In this document: positions 39,166-52,234 of the stretch, in pieces
Layout: every line of letters begins with the position of its first letter
How positions within the stretch are numbered: the first letter of the stretch is position 1
DNA from: Octopus sinensis
Lineage: Eukaryota
Assembly: GCF_006345805.1 (NCBI RefSeq)
Contig: NC_042998.1
Location: 72,912,001-72,976,000 of the forward strand
Direction: 5' to 3'
Length of the DNA stretch: 64,000 bases
Notes under the pieces: generated by a model
The model's database searches: none
The model's input: the letters and a program-made list of their open reading frames with translations, nothing else
What the model was told of the DNA's origin: nothing
Position numbers and translations under genes: made by a program

Positions 39166-39606
39166 CCATATATATATACACCCATATATATATATATATA
39201 TATATATTTGCACCAATAAACATGCTGGCACAGGTACACAGGCACACATACATAAGCATTAAATCATTGTTTTGTTCAGTGCCTTGTTTTGCTTATTTAT
39301 TTAAGATGTACTACTATACGTGCCAATATCACCCTTATTACAACTATTACAACAACTAATATTAACTATATGTGTGTGTGTGGTGTGTGTGTGTGTGTGT
39401 GTCTGCGAGTGTACACACACACACATATATATATACATAGGAATATATAAATACATATATGTATATGTATGTATATATATATATGTGTGTGTGTGTGTGC
39501 GTGTGTGTGTGTGTGCCTGCGTGTGTGCGTGTGTATGTGTGTGCGTGTGAGTGTGTGCGTGTTTGTGTGTGTGTTGTGTGTGTGTGTGTGCGTGTGTGTG
39601 TGTGTA

Positions 39607-39881
39607 GGCGCAATGGCCAAGTGGTTAGGGCAGCGGACTCGCGTTTTCGATTCCCAGACCGAGTGTTGGGTGTGATTATTGAGCGAAAACATCTAAAGCT
39701 CTACGATGTGAGGTGGCGACCACTGTTGTATACATTCGCCCCCAACTTTCTCTCACTCTTTCTTCCTGTTTCTTGAGTAACGCACCGATGGACTGGCGTC
39801 CCGTCCAGCTGGAGGGAACACATACGCCACAGAAATCGGGAAACCGGACCCATGAGCTTCAAAGGGGCGCTTAAATAAATA

Positions 39882-39885
<4 letters not shown>
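39607..39885 (+). mobile_element. SINE family C (tRNA head, V-domain-like centre)
   Basis: A box tggccaagtgg, B box gtttcgattcc, central cgatggactggcgtcccgtccag (39786-39808), (AAAT)n tail. Confidence 0.75.
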
Positions 39886-39918
<33 letters not shown>

Positions 39919-40093
39919 AACACACGCACATGCACACAAATACAAATACATATATGTATATACAGAGAGAGGGGAGGCAAGTGTTCAGATAGAGTTTATA
40001 TATTTTATGTTAGTAGGGAAAAACCCAAGCTGTGACGTCTTGAAGAAATAATAACGAAGAAATTTTCCAGCTTCCTGTTTCGATATCACACAT

Positions 40094-40125
<32 letters not shown>

Positions 40126-40671
40126 ACACACACACATACACACACACACACATACACACACACACACATATATATATATATTTACACACATATACAGCGT
40201 GCTTCAATATTTCATATTTTTTTCTTTTGTGTAGAACTCTGTGAAACTTTTGTATAGTCGCCATGATGGTTTTTAGACTAGAATTTCCAGGAATCAGTAA
40301 TGTCATAGCGACAATAACTGTTTATCAAGCTGCATAAAAATTAATTTTTTTAAACAGCGGAGAAAAATTGATTTTCAGTAACACAAAATAATTTATCGTA
40401 CAAGTGTTCTTACGAATGGTAGAAGTTTCATTGGTGGTGCTATATATTATGCAGTATCATTTACAACAAAGGGGAATGAAGCACACATTTTGAAATGTTT
40501 GTGTGTGCGTATTTACGCACGTATATAAATGCTCGCGCGTATAAATACTAGTGTGTTTTTTCTATGTTCGTCTATGAGTGTTTTGTTTGCTTATTTACTT
40601 AAGATGTACTACTATACGTGCTAATACCACCCTTACTACAACTATTACAACAACTAGCATTAACAATATTC

Positions 40672-40882
40672 GTCTCTAATTTGGGGTCAAGACCAGTAAT
40701 TTTGACGGAGACTACAAGTCGTTTTCATCGACCTCAGCTCTCAATTGCTACTTATTTTATCCACCCCAAAAACTGAAATGCAAAGTCGACTACGGTGTCA
40801 TTTGAACACAGATCCTAAGGTCGGAAGAAATGCTGCTAAACACTTTACCATTGGGGTAATAACTGTGCAAGTTATCCGCCTT
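40672..40882 (-). mobile_element. SINE family B, degenerate
   Basis: catcgacctcag...tacttattttatccacccc...gaaatgcaaagtcgactacgg..atttgaac. Confidence 0.65.
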
Positions 40883-41524
40883 AACTATCTACAATACATT
40901 AAAAGTGAAGTTCAATCTTGCTTGCTTGCAATGTTACACAGTCAAATGGGAAAATACTTTGAAAGTAAAGTGCGCCTGAATGTGAATAGGAACAGAATAA
41001 AACAACTTTCACGTAATTTGGACTAGTAGTTATTGAGATATTCGGGGTTTTGAGGTATAAATACCCCAAAACGGTGCATAACGGGAAATTACTCTGAAAA
41101 TAGCTTCATCATGAAAGGTAAGAAGCTCTAACGTTTCCATTAGACACGTTAAGTTGAGCATCATACTTTTAAGTAGAAATGACTAAAAATACGGTAAATA
41201 TTTCGAGTGCATTCAACGTATCCAAAGATTTGGCTGCCATTTCTAGAACGCTCTGCCAAAACGTAATAGCTATTTACGATAAAGAACCCGAAATACATGT
41301 TACGTGATAGCAGGTCGTGCAAGAAATAATAGCAAAATCTTTCCTTTTCTGAGGAAAGGAGACATTTACTCGTAAGTTCCGTGTCACATTCATTGAAAGC
41401 ATGCGAAATAACATGGATAAGAAAATAAACCCACCAACAGGACGCCGTTGCTGGGAAACTCAAACATCTCGATGACCCAGCAAGTCAGTGGCAGTCTGGT
41501 TGTTAATAACAGTCCTGTTGTTGT

Positions 41525-41943
41525 GCGATGCGCTGGCAGAATCGTTAGCACTCGGGGCAAAATGCTTTGTAGCATATCATTTGCATTTTCATTCTGAATT
41601 CAAATCCCACCGAGATCGACTTTGCCTCTCATCTTTTCAGGTTTAACAAAAAATATCAGTCGAGCATTGAGGATCCATGCAGTCATCTTACCTGCACCCC
41701 AGAAGTTATTGGTCTTGTGCCAGAATTTGAAAACAACATCCATGTTGTAATTATTTTTCTTATATCATTGTTGTCAATTAAGACTGTGAACTGTCAGAAT
41801 CGTTAGTACACTGGGGATGACGTTAACTTTGATTCTTTCGGGGTCGATAAAATAAGTAGCAGTTAATGACTGGGGTCCATGTAATTGACTCGAGGCATCC
41901 TTCGAAATTGCTGGCCTTGTGTCAAAATTTGAAACCGATATTA
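41525..41943 (+). mobile_element. Two adjacent SINE family B copies (41525-41738; 41780-41943)
   Basis: Both begin with cagaatcgttag; second has ttctttcggggtcgataaaataagt; both end ggccttgtg/ggtcttgtgcc..aatttgaaa. Confidence 0.75.
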
Positions 41944-42419
41944 TTATTGTCAACAGCGAATGTAAACTTCGAGGTTTTACAGATTCTTAAATCTGTTATC
42001 GGCGTAAATCCGGTGTAAAGTGTTACTCACTAGTTTGCATATTATTTTGTCACTACAATGCCCATAATGGTATTTGTTCTGTATATTAAACAGGTATGCA
42101 GTCACAAAAATTCATAACGAAGAAAATTATACGCATGCACACAGGCAGCCGCCTATGCACGCATATCCACAAACGCATAAATATTGTAGCCTACCACCCA
42201 ATTTCAACTTAACGAATTCAGACACAAGATATTGGTCGACCTTTTGCTGTACATCCTGGTTTAATCCCACTGCGCAGCATCTCGGAGAAGTGCCACACAG
42301 AGTGAGTAAATTAGAAAACTCAAGTGTGTTTTAGCGCTCGTGTGTTTAAGTGTATGTGTTTTTGAGAGTGTGTGTGCGTATACATACAGACACACTCATA
42401 TTTATATAAATGGCGGATA

Positions 42420-43260
42420 TTCTAGAATTGATCCCATCTTATAGAATGGGCTATAATTTACTTCGTTCGACTACGGAAGAAAAGCAAAATAGTCCAGATA
42501 CACCTAAAACGCTTATCTTCAATTACAACATACAGCCCTGAGAAATATACAACATTTACCATTATCTATCAGATCATACCGCTATTGGGCCAACCCCCAA
42601 AAATGTAAAGAGCACTTCACCCATACAGAAAATCATATGCAAAATGTACACAAAGTCCTATCTCCACAAAAAAAAGAAAATTATTTACGAACGCGTAACT
42701 ACCAATTAAAGACTTTAGATGCAACAGTTGTAAAGTGTCGTTGATCCATTTATAGAAATTATGAGGACCTTATTGAAGACAGAACTTATAAATATAAATA
42801 CGGACAAGTTATAACTGCGAAAACAATTACACTTATACTTAGAAAAGTTACTTTATGCCATCAGATGTAATTGATACAGGGAAGACTAAACTGGACAAAT
42901 TAACTCATTTTGATATACAGATTAAATATTTATTATCTACAAATAAGGATCCCAAAACAAGATAAATATCACTTTGTAAACGAACATCACACACACGCTA
43001 GAACTAAATCTCACAAATTTCTGGTCTTCTCACCAGAAATTTGTGAGATAAATATCGTGTAGCAGCTATCACCTGTCTTATTTACTCTACAGCTTGTTAT
43101 CTTATTTAGTCTACACCTTGTGAACAAAACAGGGATATGCGTTAGCATGTTCAGTTGGAGGAAACTATCACTAATTGATGAAGGTATTCTTCGAGAAAAT
43201 AATAAACAATAATTATCTATAGCACTTTTATTTGAAGGATTATTATATCCCTTATATACC
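42420..43260. mobile_element. Very degenerate PLE GIY-YIG remnants, apparently convergent
   Basis: Plus strand FRCNSCKVS..MRTLLKT; minus strand NKTG..YTI..GEKTRNL; junction at an 18-bp hairpin. Confidence 0.3.
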
Positions 43261-43992
43261 ACATCTATCTTTTCTAAAAGTTATATGACTTATTAACTGG
43301 AGAAAGGCTTTTATGTGATCTTTTCGAGCGACTTTCACATGAATGTAAAACATGAACGTTGACAATCAACCTGAACCTTAACGGATAGAGCCCTAAGAGA
43401 CATTTCTACTTTCAAATCAAACCAGTTGCATAATAACAGTCAGAATAGACATAATTCGTGTCAGAACTCGACACACTATACACGTATGAACATCTAATGT
43501 GAAACAAGTCAAATTTCTGCCTACATATTAAATTATAATTCTTCTATATTTTTTTACGCATTTTCAGCTTCATTTCTTCCAGTCCTTCACATGTTTGGAT
43601 TAATAAAAATCTATATACATACATATATACATGTATGTACGTGTGTGTGTTTGTGTGTGTGAATGTGCGCGCGCGCGTGTATGTGTACCTACGTGTCTGT
43701 ATATGTATGCATATGTGTAAACTGAGGCAGGTGAGTTTGTAGTTTGGGTGCGTCCGGGAATATGAGTTTCTATTTGTTTGCGATTAAGGAAAATGCACAA
43801 AGACATCAGAACACTAGACAGAGTGTCTTGTGCTCTCTTGTCCTGCCAAATGCGCCCTTAGTTACAGTTCTAACAATAATCGATGTTAATCACTCAACCA
43901 CGATTTTGGAACTAGAAAGGAGGCTGCAAAAGAAGGATGTGTGTGTCTGAGTGTATATATATATGTTTATATATATATATATATATATATAC

Positions 43993-44100
43993 TGTTGTGT
44001 CTGGGGAGAGTAATTCTTTTTGGTGCCTTATAATTTAACACACTCACCGGTAAAATTTCCATTTTATTTTTCTAAAATTTTTGTTGCGTCTTGCAACCTT
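43993..44100. mobile_element. Half copy of the palindromic MITE, flanked by (TA)n
   Basis: tgttgtgtctggggagag..ttataatttaacacactcaccggtaaaatttcc..gttgcgtcttgcaac matches the reverse complement of 18855-18988. Confidence 0.85.
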
Positions 44101-45649
44101 TGTATGTATATATATATATATATATATAATATGAATTAGAGATAAAACCACTATTATGCAACTCAAACAGTGATAGACATAAACCAGTGCATAAATAACA
44201 AATAATATATATATATATAATTATAATTATATATATATAAACATTTATATAAATACATGTGTGTAAGTATGTATGTATGTATTTATGTGCGTGCGTGCGC
44301 GCGTGTGTGTGTGTGTGTGTACGCGCGCGCGTGTGTATAATTGGAAGGACCAGCGACTTATGAATCAATTATTTATGCTTTAATGATTATTTTCTTTGAA
44401 TAAAACGTTTGATTGGTCTCATAATCTTTATACTCAATCGAGAATAGTTTCTTTATTGAATTATTACATTGTAAAATAGATATACACTGTTCTGGGGGGT
44501 TTCTCTTTCAAACAGTTTCCCCCTCAACCTCTCTACAAATTGATCAGTGATTTACGAGTCCGTGAAGCAAACTTTATGCATTAGGTGATCATAGTAAATT
44601 ATTTTGTTTAGTTTTGCTACTGAATTGCTTATTACAATAACAAAAATAAATTTTGATAAATAAGAAAGCAAATAATGTTACGACATATTGTGATACAGAC
44701 TCTTTAGAAACAGATATAGCAGCAACAGCAGCAACAGCAGCAGCAGCAGTAGTAGTAGTAGTAGTAGTAGTAAATAGTTATAAGAATAATAATAATAGTA
44801 ATAACGTAAGAATGAGTGCAATCAAATATATATGGCATTGATTAATTATCTGGTAGCAATTATCCGGCTTAAATGTCGGCAAAACACAAGTATTGTCTGA
44901 TGCTGGGCATTTAACAATAGAACAAGATTAATATTTGCTTGATCTTTTCATAATATATTCTCCGAATGTTGTCGTTATTGATCTTGAATTAATGTTTCAT
45001 TTGGCTATGATGATTTCTGCGTGCGCGACTACGTGTGCGGGATGGGGCTATGGGCGCGTGTGTACGCGCGTGAGTGTTTGTGTGTGTGTGTGTGTGTACA
45101 TGTGTATGTCTGTGTGTATGTGTGTAAGAATGTTTCTCTGTGTGTGTCTGCGTGTACATATGTGTGTGGTGTGTGTGTGTGTGTGTTCAGCTCATTTTTG
45201 CTTCAGTTATCATTGTTGCTATGGAGAAGAGGGAAAACAAAACCACAAACGCTGATTTCAGAAGTCTTTCTGTTTTTGTTTTCTTTCTCATTTTTTTCTT
45301 GAAGGTTGTTTCAAAAATGATTTAGTACCGAAATTAAACTTAATCTGTTTAATGTTGTTTATAGAATATGAATTTATTCATAAAATATATTTATTCGTCA
45401 AATGATTAAAATATTTCCTTCTTTCAAACGTATATTTTATTCATTTAATCAGCTTTCCTGTCGAAGATAAATTACCAAAATTCTATTCTCTGTGAAAGGA
45501 ACTAGGAATATAATTTTATTTTAGAAACTTATTCCCATCATTCCCATGGCTGAGTCGATAATTGACAAACTTAAGATACAAGACGTCTCCACATAATAAC
45601 TACCACTGCCTCATCGGCTGATAGATGTCTCCTAAAATTAATGTATGTA

Positions 45650-45860
45650 TGTATTATGTACGTACGTATGTATGTATGTATGTATGTATGTATGTATGTA
45701 TGTATGTATGTATGTATGTATGTATGTATGTATGTATGTATGTACGTACGTATGTATGTATGTATGTAGGTGTGCGAGTATATGTATCTATATCTGTATG
45801 CGTGTATGTATGTATGTATGTATGTATGCATGCATGTATGTATGTATGTATGAGTGTGTG
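45650..45860. repeat. (TATG)n microsatellite
   Basis: Direct inspection. Confidence 0.95.
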
Positions 45861-47206
45861 CATGTATTTACGTATGTGTGTAAATACTTAACTACATATT
45901 TATGTTCATATATGGAGATATAGAGTTAGGTATTTAGTTAGTTTAGTCGGTTAGAGATCTAGAGAGACAGACAGACAGACAGAAGAGAGAGAAAGAGAGA
46001 AAGAGAGGTTGACAGAAATGCTATATGGGTTCCTGGCCATTGAGAACTGCAATAAGAATTGAATGTTACTGACAGAGTGGGAATACGGTAAACGTATCGT
46101 CTTCTCACAACAAGGCCAAAAATTGCGACTCACTGTCCTCAGAGAAAACACCGGTAGACATATGGAAGACTCTAAAAATAATTGTGTTGTTAAGAGAACA
46201 CGGAACAAAGAATAATTTGAGAATAACAGAGAAGAGAAGAGTTTTGTCTATGGAGAAAAAAGAATAAAATGAGAAAAATAAAAGAAACGTAAATTAATGT
46301 TAAGAAATAAAGTACAGATATATGTCAAATTTAGTTATGATTGCCATTTCAAATAAAGTGATATATCAGCACAAATGATCAATTGAAAGAGATGTAAGAG
46401 TTATATAATTTCTAGTGGATGCAAGAAGATCATTTCTTTCAAATATAACAGCGTTATTGAATTATAGAGCTGCCCTTTGTTTACTGTAAGAGAAAATGAT
46501 TATGCTGGAGATTACATTTATACGATAGAAAGGCAAATGGAGATGATATGAATGAGGTATTAGTGGACGCAACTCCTGTGGTGGGGACACTACTTGAAAG
46601 AGTTACTTAGAAAGTTTATTGACTGAAAAACTGAAGATACAATTACCTCCACAATGTAGCGGATGTGAGTGAATAAGCAATAATTAGGAACGAATGCGCA
46701 TTTCCGTGTAAGTCTGAATGGTTAAGAATTAGAAATGTAAAAGATTTGAAAATATATATGACAGAGAAAAGTAACGATTGTCAGCCAGGTTTCTATATAG
46801 AACACTCTCATTCTATCTGTGTGAGTGTATATGTGTGTGCGTATGTGTGTACGCGTGTGCGTATGTGAGTGTTTGCGTGCATGTGTCCATGTATATGTGC
46901 TTGAATATGTATGTAAAAGTATGTATACATTTATATGTAGTGAGGGATTATCAATCCGGGCAAAATGTTTTATAATAGAGATAGGTGACAGAAATGCTTT
47001 ATGGGTTCCTGGTCATGGAAAACTGCAATAAGAATTGTGTGTTACTGTCAGAGTGGGAATACTCTAAACTTATCGTCTTTTCACAACAAGGCCAAAATAT
47101 CCGACACTCTGACCTCACAGAAAACACCAGTGACATATGGAAGATTCTAAAAATAATTGTTGTTAAGAGAGCACCAGGCTAAAAATCTGACTTAGATTAG
47201 TGAAGA

Positions 47207-47580
47207 TCTCCAGGCTCCCAGGTCACGGTTCTAACCGCCTATGCTGTCGCACCCATCACAAACTCTTCAACACCACCATCCTCACAGGTGCACATCATTG
47301 TCCCCATCATTTCACCGACTCTTTTCCCTGCACTTTTAGTAATGTCATTTACTGTATCTCCTACTTTATCTATCTTAATCGTACATCTGTCAAACGACCA
47401 TCGCTTAGCTGACAGGTACGCGGTACACCGCCAAGACATCAGACTCGGCAATGACACCCAGGTCTCGTGCTATTTCCGCTTTACCGGCCATTCGCTGCAA
47501 CATCTCTCATTGCTCAGACTATCTTTGCACAGAGACCACTCGGAATCTCACCTACCATTTTGTCCTCAAATTCCGCTAGT
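47207..47580 (+). mobile_element. PLE GIY-YIG 3' fragment of a different type (Neptune-like)
   Basis: DSF.CTFSNVIYCIS, RLADRYAVHRQDIRLGNDT.VS.YFR.TGHSLQHL: GIY-YIG with His ligands (CCHH type); frameshifted. Confidence 0.75.
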
Positions 47581-48310
47581 TCGTAACATAATATTCAATT
47601 GAAAAATCCTATATGTTGCGAAAACAATATTAGCAATGAAAAATCTCAAGGTCAGATAAAATTGCTTTCGCTACTATAATTATTCAAGTAATTTTCAAAA
47701 TTAGATTTTTATTTTAAACGTAGAATACTTGCATATTTAATACTCTTAAGCAACTATTTACTGAATAGTCAATGTTTTAAAAACTTATCTGCATTATTTA
47801 TTATATCAGAGCATATTAATCCATTGCCTGCCATGAACTCCATTTGGGGATTTGCTAAAGACAGTCTCTGCCGGTTGTTAGTTGTATTTAAAATGAATTG
47901 CTCTTGTACATTGCAATTGCAGAAGTGGGTTTAACAATATTTATTAGTTAAAGTTTGTAATTATTAACTCTAACTAATTCCACAGGGCATATTATATCAT
48001 AAATCGAAAGTTTTGAATTACAAATTTGTTGACTGTTTTGAAAACATTTTTTAGTTTTCTTGTAATTCCCATATATATCATTCATTGATATTTCATACGC
48101 TGTCGCATTTGATACAACAATTTCAAAAACCAAAAATGCTTATTATTGCAATTGAATGCAAAAGGGTAAATATGCTTTTTTTCAGCGATCCCCATTTAGA
48201 ACTTTTCGAAAAATTTACCATAATTTCCAAAATATTCAACATATATAACTGTAACTCCTAAGACAACTAGCAAAGCCTAAAAATATGAATTTTAAAAATT
48301 TGGCTGTTAA

Positions 48311-48691
48311 TCTCTCTATATATAAACGGCAGTTTGTCTGTGCGTGTTTCTGTGTGTCTGTTTGCTTGTACCTCACCCTGACCACGGCTTTCAACCGATT
48401 CTGATGAAACTTGACACACACATAGCCCAATGTCATAATTCAAAACTAACGCAGCGAAAATTTTGAAAAGTTCCCCCAGTTCTGAAAAAAATCGATAAAT
48501 CGACATGGGGTCGAGAATCAGAACACGAACCACAAACTGTCTAGGGGACGCAACTCCACCTTTTTTAAATCTCAAAAAAAATTTACCATCATTTTATTCC
48601 ATTTTTTTGCTATTTTTTGGCTATAACTCTCTAAAAATGCTTTATAGTTATTTCCCTTACAAACCTGAGCAACGCCGGGCGATACTGCTAG
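48311..48691 (+). mobile_element. Non-autonomous Helitron (381 bp)
   Basis: Starts TC (TCTCTCTATATATAA), ends with hairpin cctgagcaacgccggg then CTAG (48688-91), inserted between A48310 and T48692. Confidence 0.9.
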
Positions 48692-48724
48692 TAGGTTGAT
48701 AAAAAGCAATTCGTTGGCACATGA

Positions 48725-49118
48725 GTATCCCTGTCCTTTGTAACCTCGTGGTTTCGGAGTTCAGTGACACTGCGAGGCACCTCGAGCAAATGTTGTCTAC
48801 TTTAATCCAGAGCTCCACGTTATTTTTTTTTCTGTGTGTATGTGTGTGTCTGTGTGTGTGTGTGTGTGCGTGTGTGCGTACATGTGTTCGCGCGTGTGTT
48901 TGTTTGGGTGTTCTTGTGTTTGCTTCTGTACTCTATATTGCTTCTCAACCTGTGTTGATTTGTTTCTGTTCTTCAACTTCGCGATTCGGCTGAAGAGGTG
49001 ATAGAATACCGAACACCAAAAGTAAGTACCGAGCTCGATTTATTCGATGAAACATTTCAGCGTGGTGCCTCGTCATGGCTTCAGTTCAATAACCGCGGCA
49101 AAAGTTAAAAGTAAAAGT
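48725..49118 (+). mobile_element. SINE family A, old copy
   Basis: ggagttcagtgacactgcgaggcacctcgagcaaatgttgtctact head part, (TG)n centre, decayed tail gtggtgcctcgtcatggc...aaaagtaaaag. Confidence 0.6.
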
Positions 49119-50843
49119 ATGTTGTATGCTATTCAATTTATTATAGTTTTTATTGGATATTTGTCTTGAGTGACGGTGAACTACTATAACCCTCATTCCA
49201 TTTTTACATAAAGGAACTTTCCTGCATTCCTCTCAGGTACTACGTTCTTCATCATTTTACTTTTTTCTGTAATATCGTAGTAAAGCTATGCAGTAATAAA
49301 TTTAAAAAAAACTCAGCACTCTTTCTAGATGTGCTTCATCTTTTAACCCATTAATTCAATCACTTAAACTAAGTTTCAGTTTTTTAGTCATTATACTCAA
49401 TTTAATTAAGATTTCTTCCCACAATATCCTAATAAGACATCTATCATTATCTTAAGCTTAATTAAATTTGTCCACAACCAAATTGAAACCAGCTCTAATT
49501 AATCTGATCATTTAGTTATAAATTGAAGTATTTCTTCAACAATATTTTATTGCAATTTTTGTAGTTGTTTCTTTGTAATTCAAGCTTATCGTGAGATTTA
49601 TGTTACACTTAATTAGCAAAATTTATATTAATACTTTATTCTATACAATTTATATGATACCACAATCTTTTTTCGTATGTTCGAATATATTTACTTACAT
49701 ACAGCTCGTTTCACTTGAAATGATATTTATACATTCATACACATATATAGGTGTATGTATGCATATATACACACATATATATATATATATATACATATAT
49801 ATATGTATATGTGTATGTATGTATGTCTGTATGTATGTATGTATATACATACATAAAGGATTAAATGCGGTAAAATCAAAAATAACGAAAAGTAATGATA
49901 TATGCTGGCCAAAAAAATTTCCCGACATACCTGTTTAGAAATTGTAAACACCTGTTTATAAATTTCTACAGGCATGAATAAATTCTGAGCAGAAGCCTGA
50001 CTCCAAATTTAATCAAAGGAAAATCCTCCACAATACCTCTCCCCCACGACCGAATTTAAATCTAATTACTATTGAACTGAACCACAATTACCTCCGAAAA
50101 ATTGCACACACATGCACATGCATTAAAAACGCATACACACACGTGCATATCTATATAATGTACTGACCGTGATAGAAAATTCAACAAAAAAGTACTCCAT
50201 CAGGTGAGAGATAAATGTTTATTTATAAGTCACAATACATGTATTAAAGCTACTAATAGTTTCATATGTTAAGAAATCTCAAATATATCCTTCAGGCGCA
50301 AATCACATATCATAACGAACTAAAGAAAGTGAATAATTGAAGAAACGCGAAAAAACCCAGAAGACAGAATATAAAAAACGCAGACAGTAAACAATGGAAA
50401 ACGAAAAACAGGAACTAAAATGTAAAAAATAAAAAGTAAAATAGTAAAATAGTTATCCTCCTTAGACTTTAAATGATAACGGATTGCAGCCGTTTACTCA
50501 ACATGAAGGAATTGAACACATTTTTGTATATATTAAACTACCTCTGACGAGATTCGACTTTCGAATAGTTTTTAATATTATTCATTAATTTTCTGAAGGT
50601 CTTGAAATAAATGAGCCGAAAGAGATGTTTGTCAACTTTTTAATTAATAAATAATAATTTATTAATTAACTCTCTATTTTATTATCTTATAATAAATAAA
50701 TATAAATCACGGTTTATATACTTGCCTTGCAGTTGAGTGTTAACATTCTTTGTAGACCTAACAATAACTGACCATTACTTTCACAGGATATTGCCATCCC
50801 CGAATGAGGTTTGTAACCTTTATATATATATATATATATATAT

Positions 50844-51487
50844 GTAAATTTATATACATAAGGATAAGATCTTTAATTTGAAAATAAAATAACGATTTTA
50901 TCAAGTGGTCAGCATGGAAAAATAACCTTCAAAGGTAATAATTATTAAAATAAAAAATTAGGGTATGTACGACATACCACCATGCTGAAAATAGCATGCG
51001 TATATATACAAACACAGCATACGAATACTTACATATACGAACGTATACCCACATGTATATGCACGTATGCATCATGGCCAGTTCAAAATGTCGGCCGCTT
51101 AATTTATTTCGTCATTGTATTTACTGCGGCGATATTTTGACCATATTTCACATGGAATTATGCGGCGGGCATTTTGAACTGGCCGTGATGCATACGTGCA
51201 TATATATGAGGGTATACGTTCGTATATGTAAGTATTCGTATATTGTGATTGAATATATGTGCATTTATGTTTCTCTTCTGTGTATATTCTACTGACGAGG
51301 TAAAGCATTACTAAATGCAAATCCAGATATCCGGGATCTAGAATTATCCAGTAATTTTTTACTAGTTTCATCTTGTCTCTTTGTTTTCTCTCCGTGTTGA
51401 TATATGGACAATTAAAGTGGTTTTAAAATCAGATCATGGCTGCTATTTTCAGCATGGTGCTATCTCGTAGATACCCTAATTCTTAAT

Positions 51488-51567
<80 letters not shown>

Positions 51568-52207
51568 AATTTATATACATAAGGATAAGATCTTTAATTT
51601 GAAAATAAAATAACGACTTTATCAAGTGGTCAGCATGGAAAAATAACCTTCAAAGGTAATAATTATTAAAATAAAAAATTAGGGTATCTACGACATACCA
51701 CCATGCTGAAAATAGCATGCGTATATATACAAACACAGCATACGAATACTTACATATACGAACGTATACCCACATGTATATGCACGTATGCATCATGGCC
51801 AGTTCAAAATGTCGGCCGCTTAATTTATTTCGTCATTGTATTTACTGCGGCGATATTTTGACCATATTTCACATGGAATTATGCGGCGGGCATTTTGAAC
51901 TGGCCGTGATGCATACGTGCATATATATGAGGGTATACGTTCGTATATGTAAGTATTCGTATATTGTGATTGAATATATGTGCATTTATGTTTCTCTTCT
52001 GTGTATATTCTACTGACGAGGTAAAGCATTACTAAATGCAAATCCAGATATCCGGGATCTAGAATTATCCAGTAATTTTTTACTAGTTTCATCTTGTCTC
52101 TTTGTTTTCTCTCCGTGTTGATATATGGACAATTAAAGTGGTTTTAAAATCAGATCATGGCTGCTATTTTCAGCATGGTGCTATCTCGTAGATACCCTAA
52201 TTCTTAA
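50844..52207. repeat. Tandem duplication, 721-bp period, (TA)n-bounded, each unit containing nested inverted repeats
   Basis: Identical ORF-track entries at +721; only two differences noticed (gatttt/gacttt; tatgtac/tatctac). Confidence 0.95.
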
Positions 52208-52234
52208 TATATATATATATATGTATATATATAT

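Noticed and set aside
39607-39660. tRNA gene
   Set aside because: A and B boxes are present but the anticodon arm is deleted and it continues into a SINE body.
41179-41520. Semi-open plus frame (..LCQNVIAI..) suggestive of a receptor domain
   Set aside because: Several stops, about as expected for random AT-rich DNA; similarity not convincing.
48993-49020. CTGAAGA...ccgaac hammerhead-like string
   Set aside because: Part of a decayed SINE A tail; lacks GAAA and stems.
50500-50620. CTGACGA with an attcga/tcgaat stem, and a nearby CTGAAGG...GAAA
   Set aside because: Neither has a complete core plus stems I and III; decayed pLTR at best.
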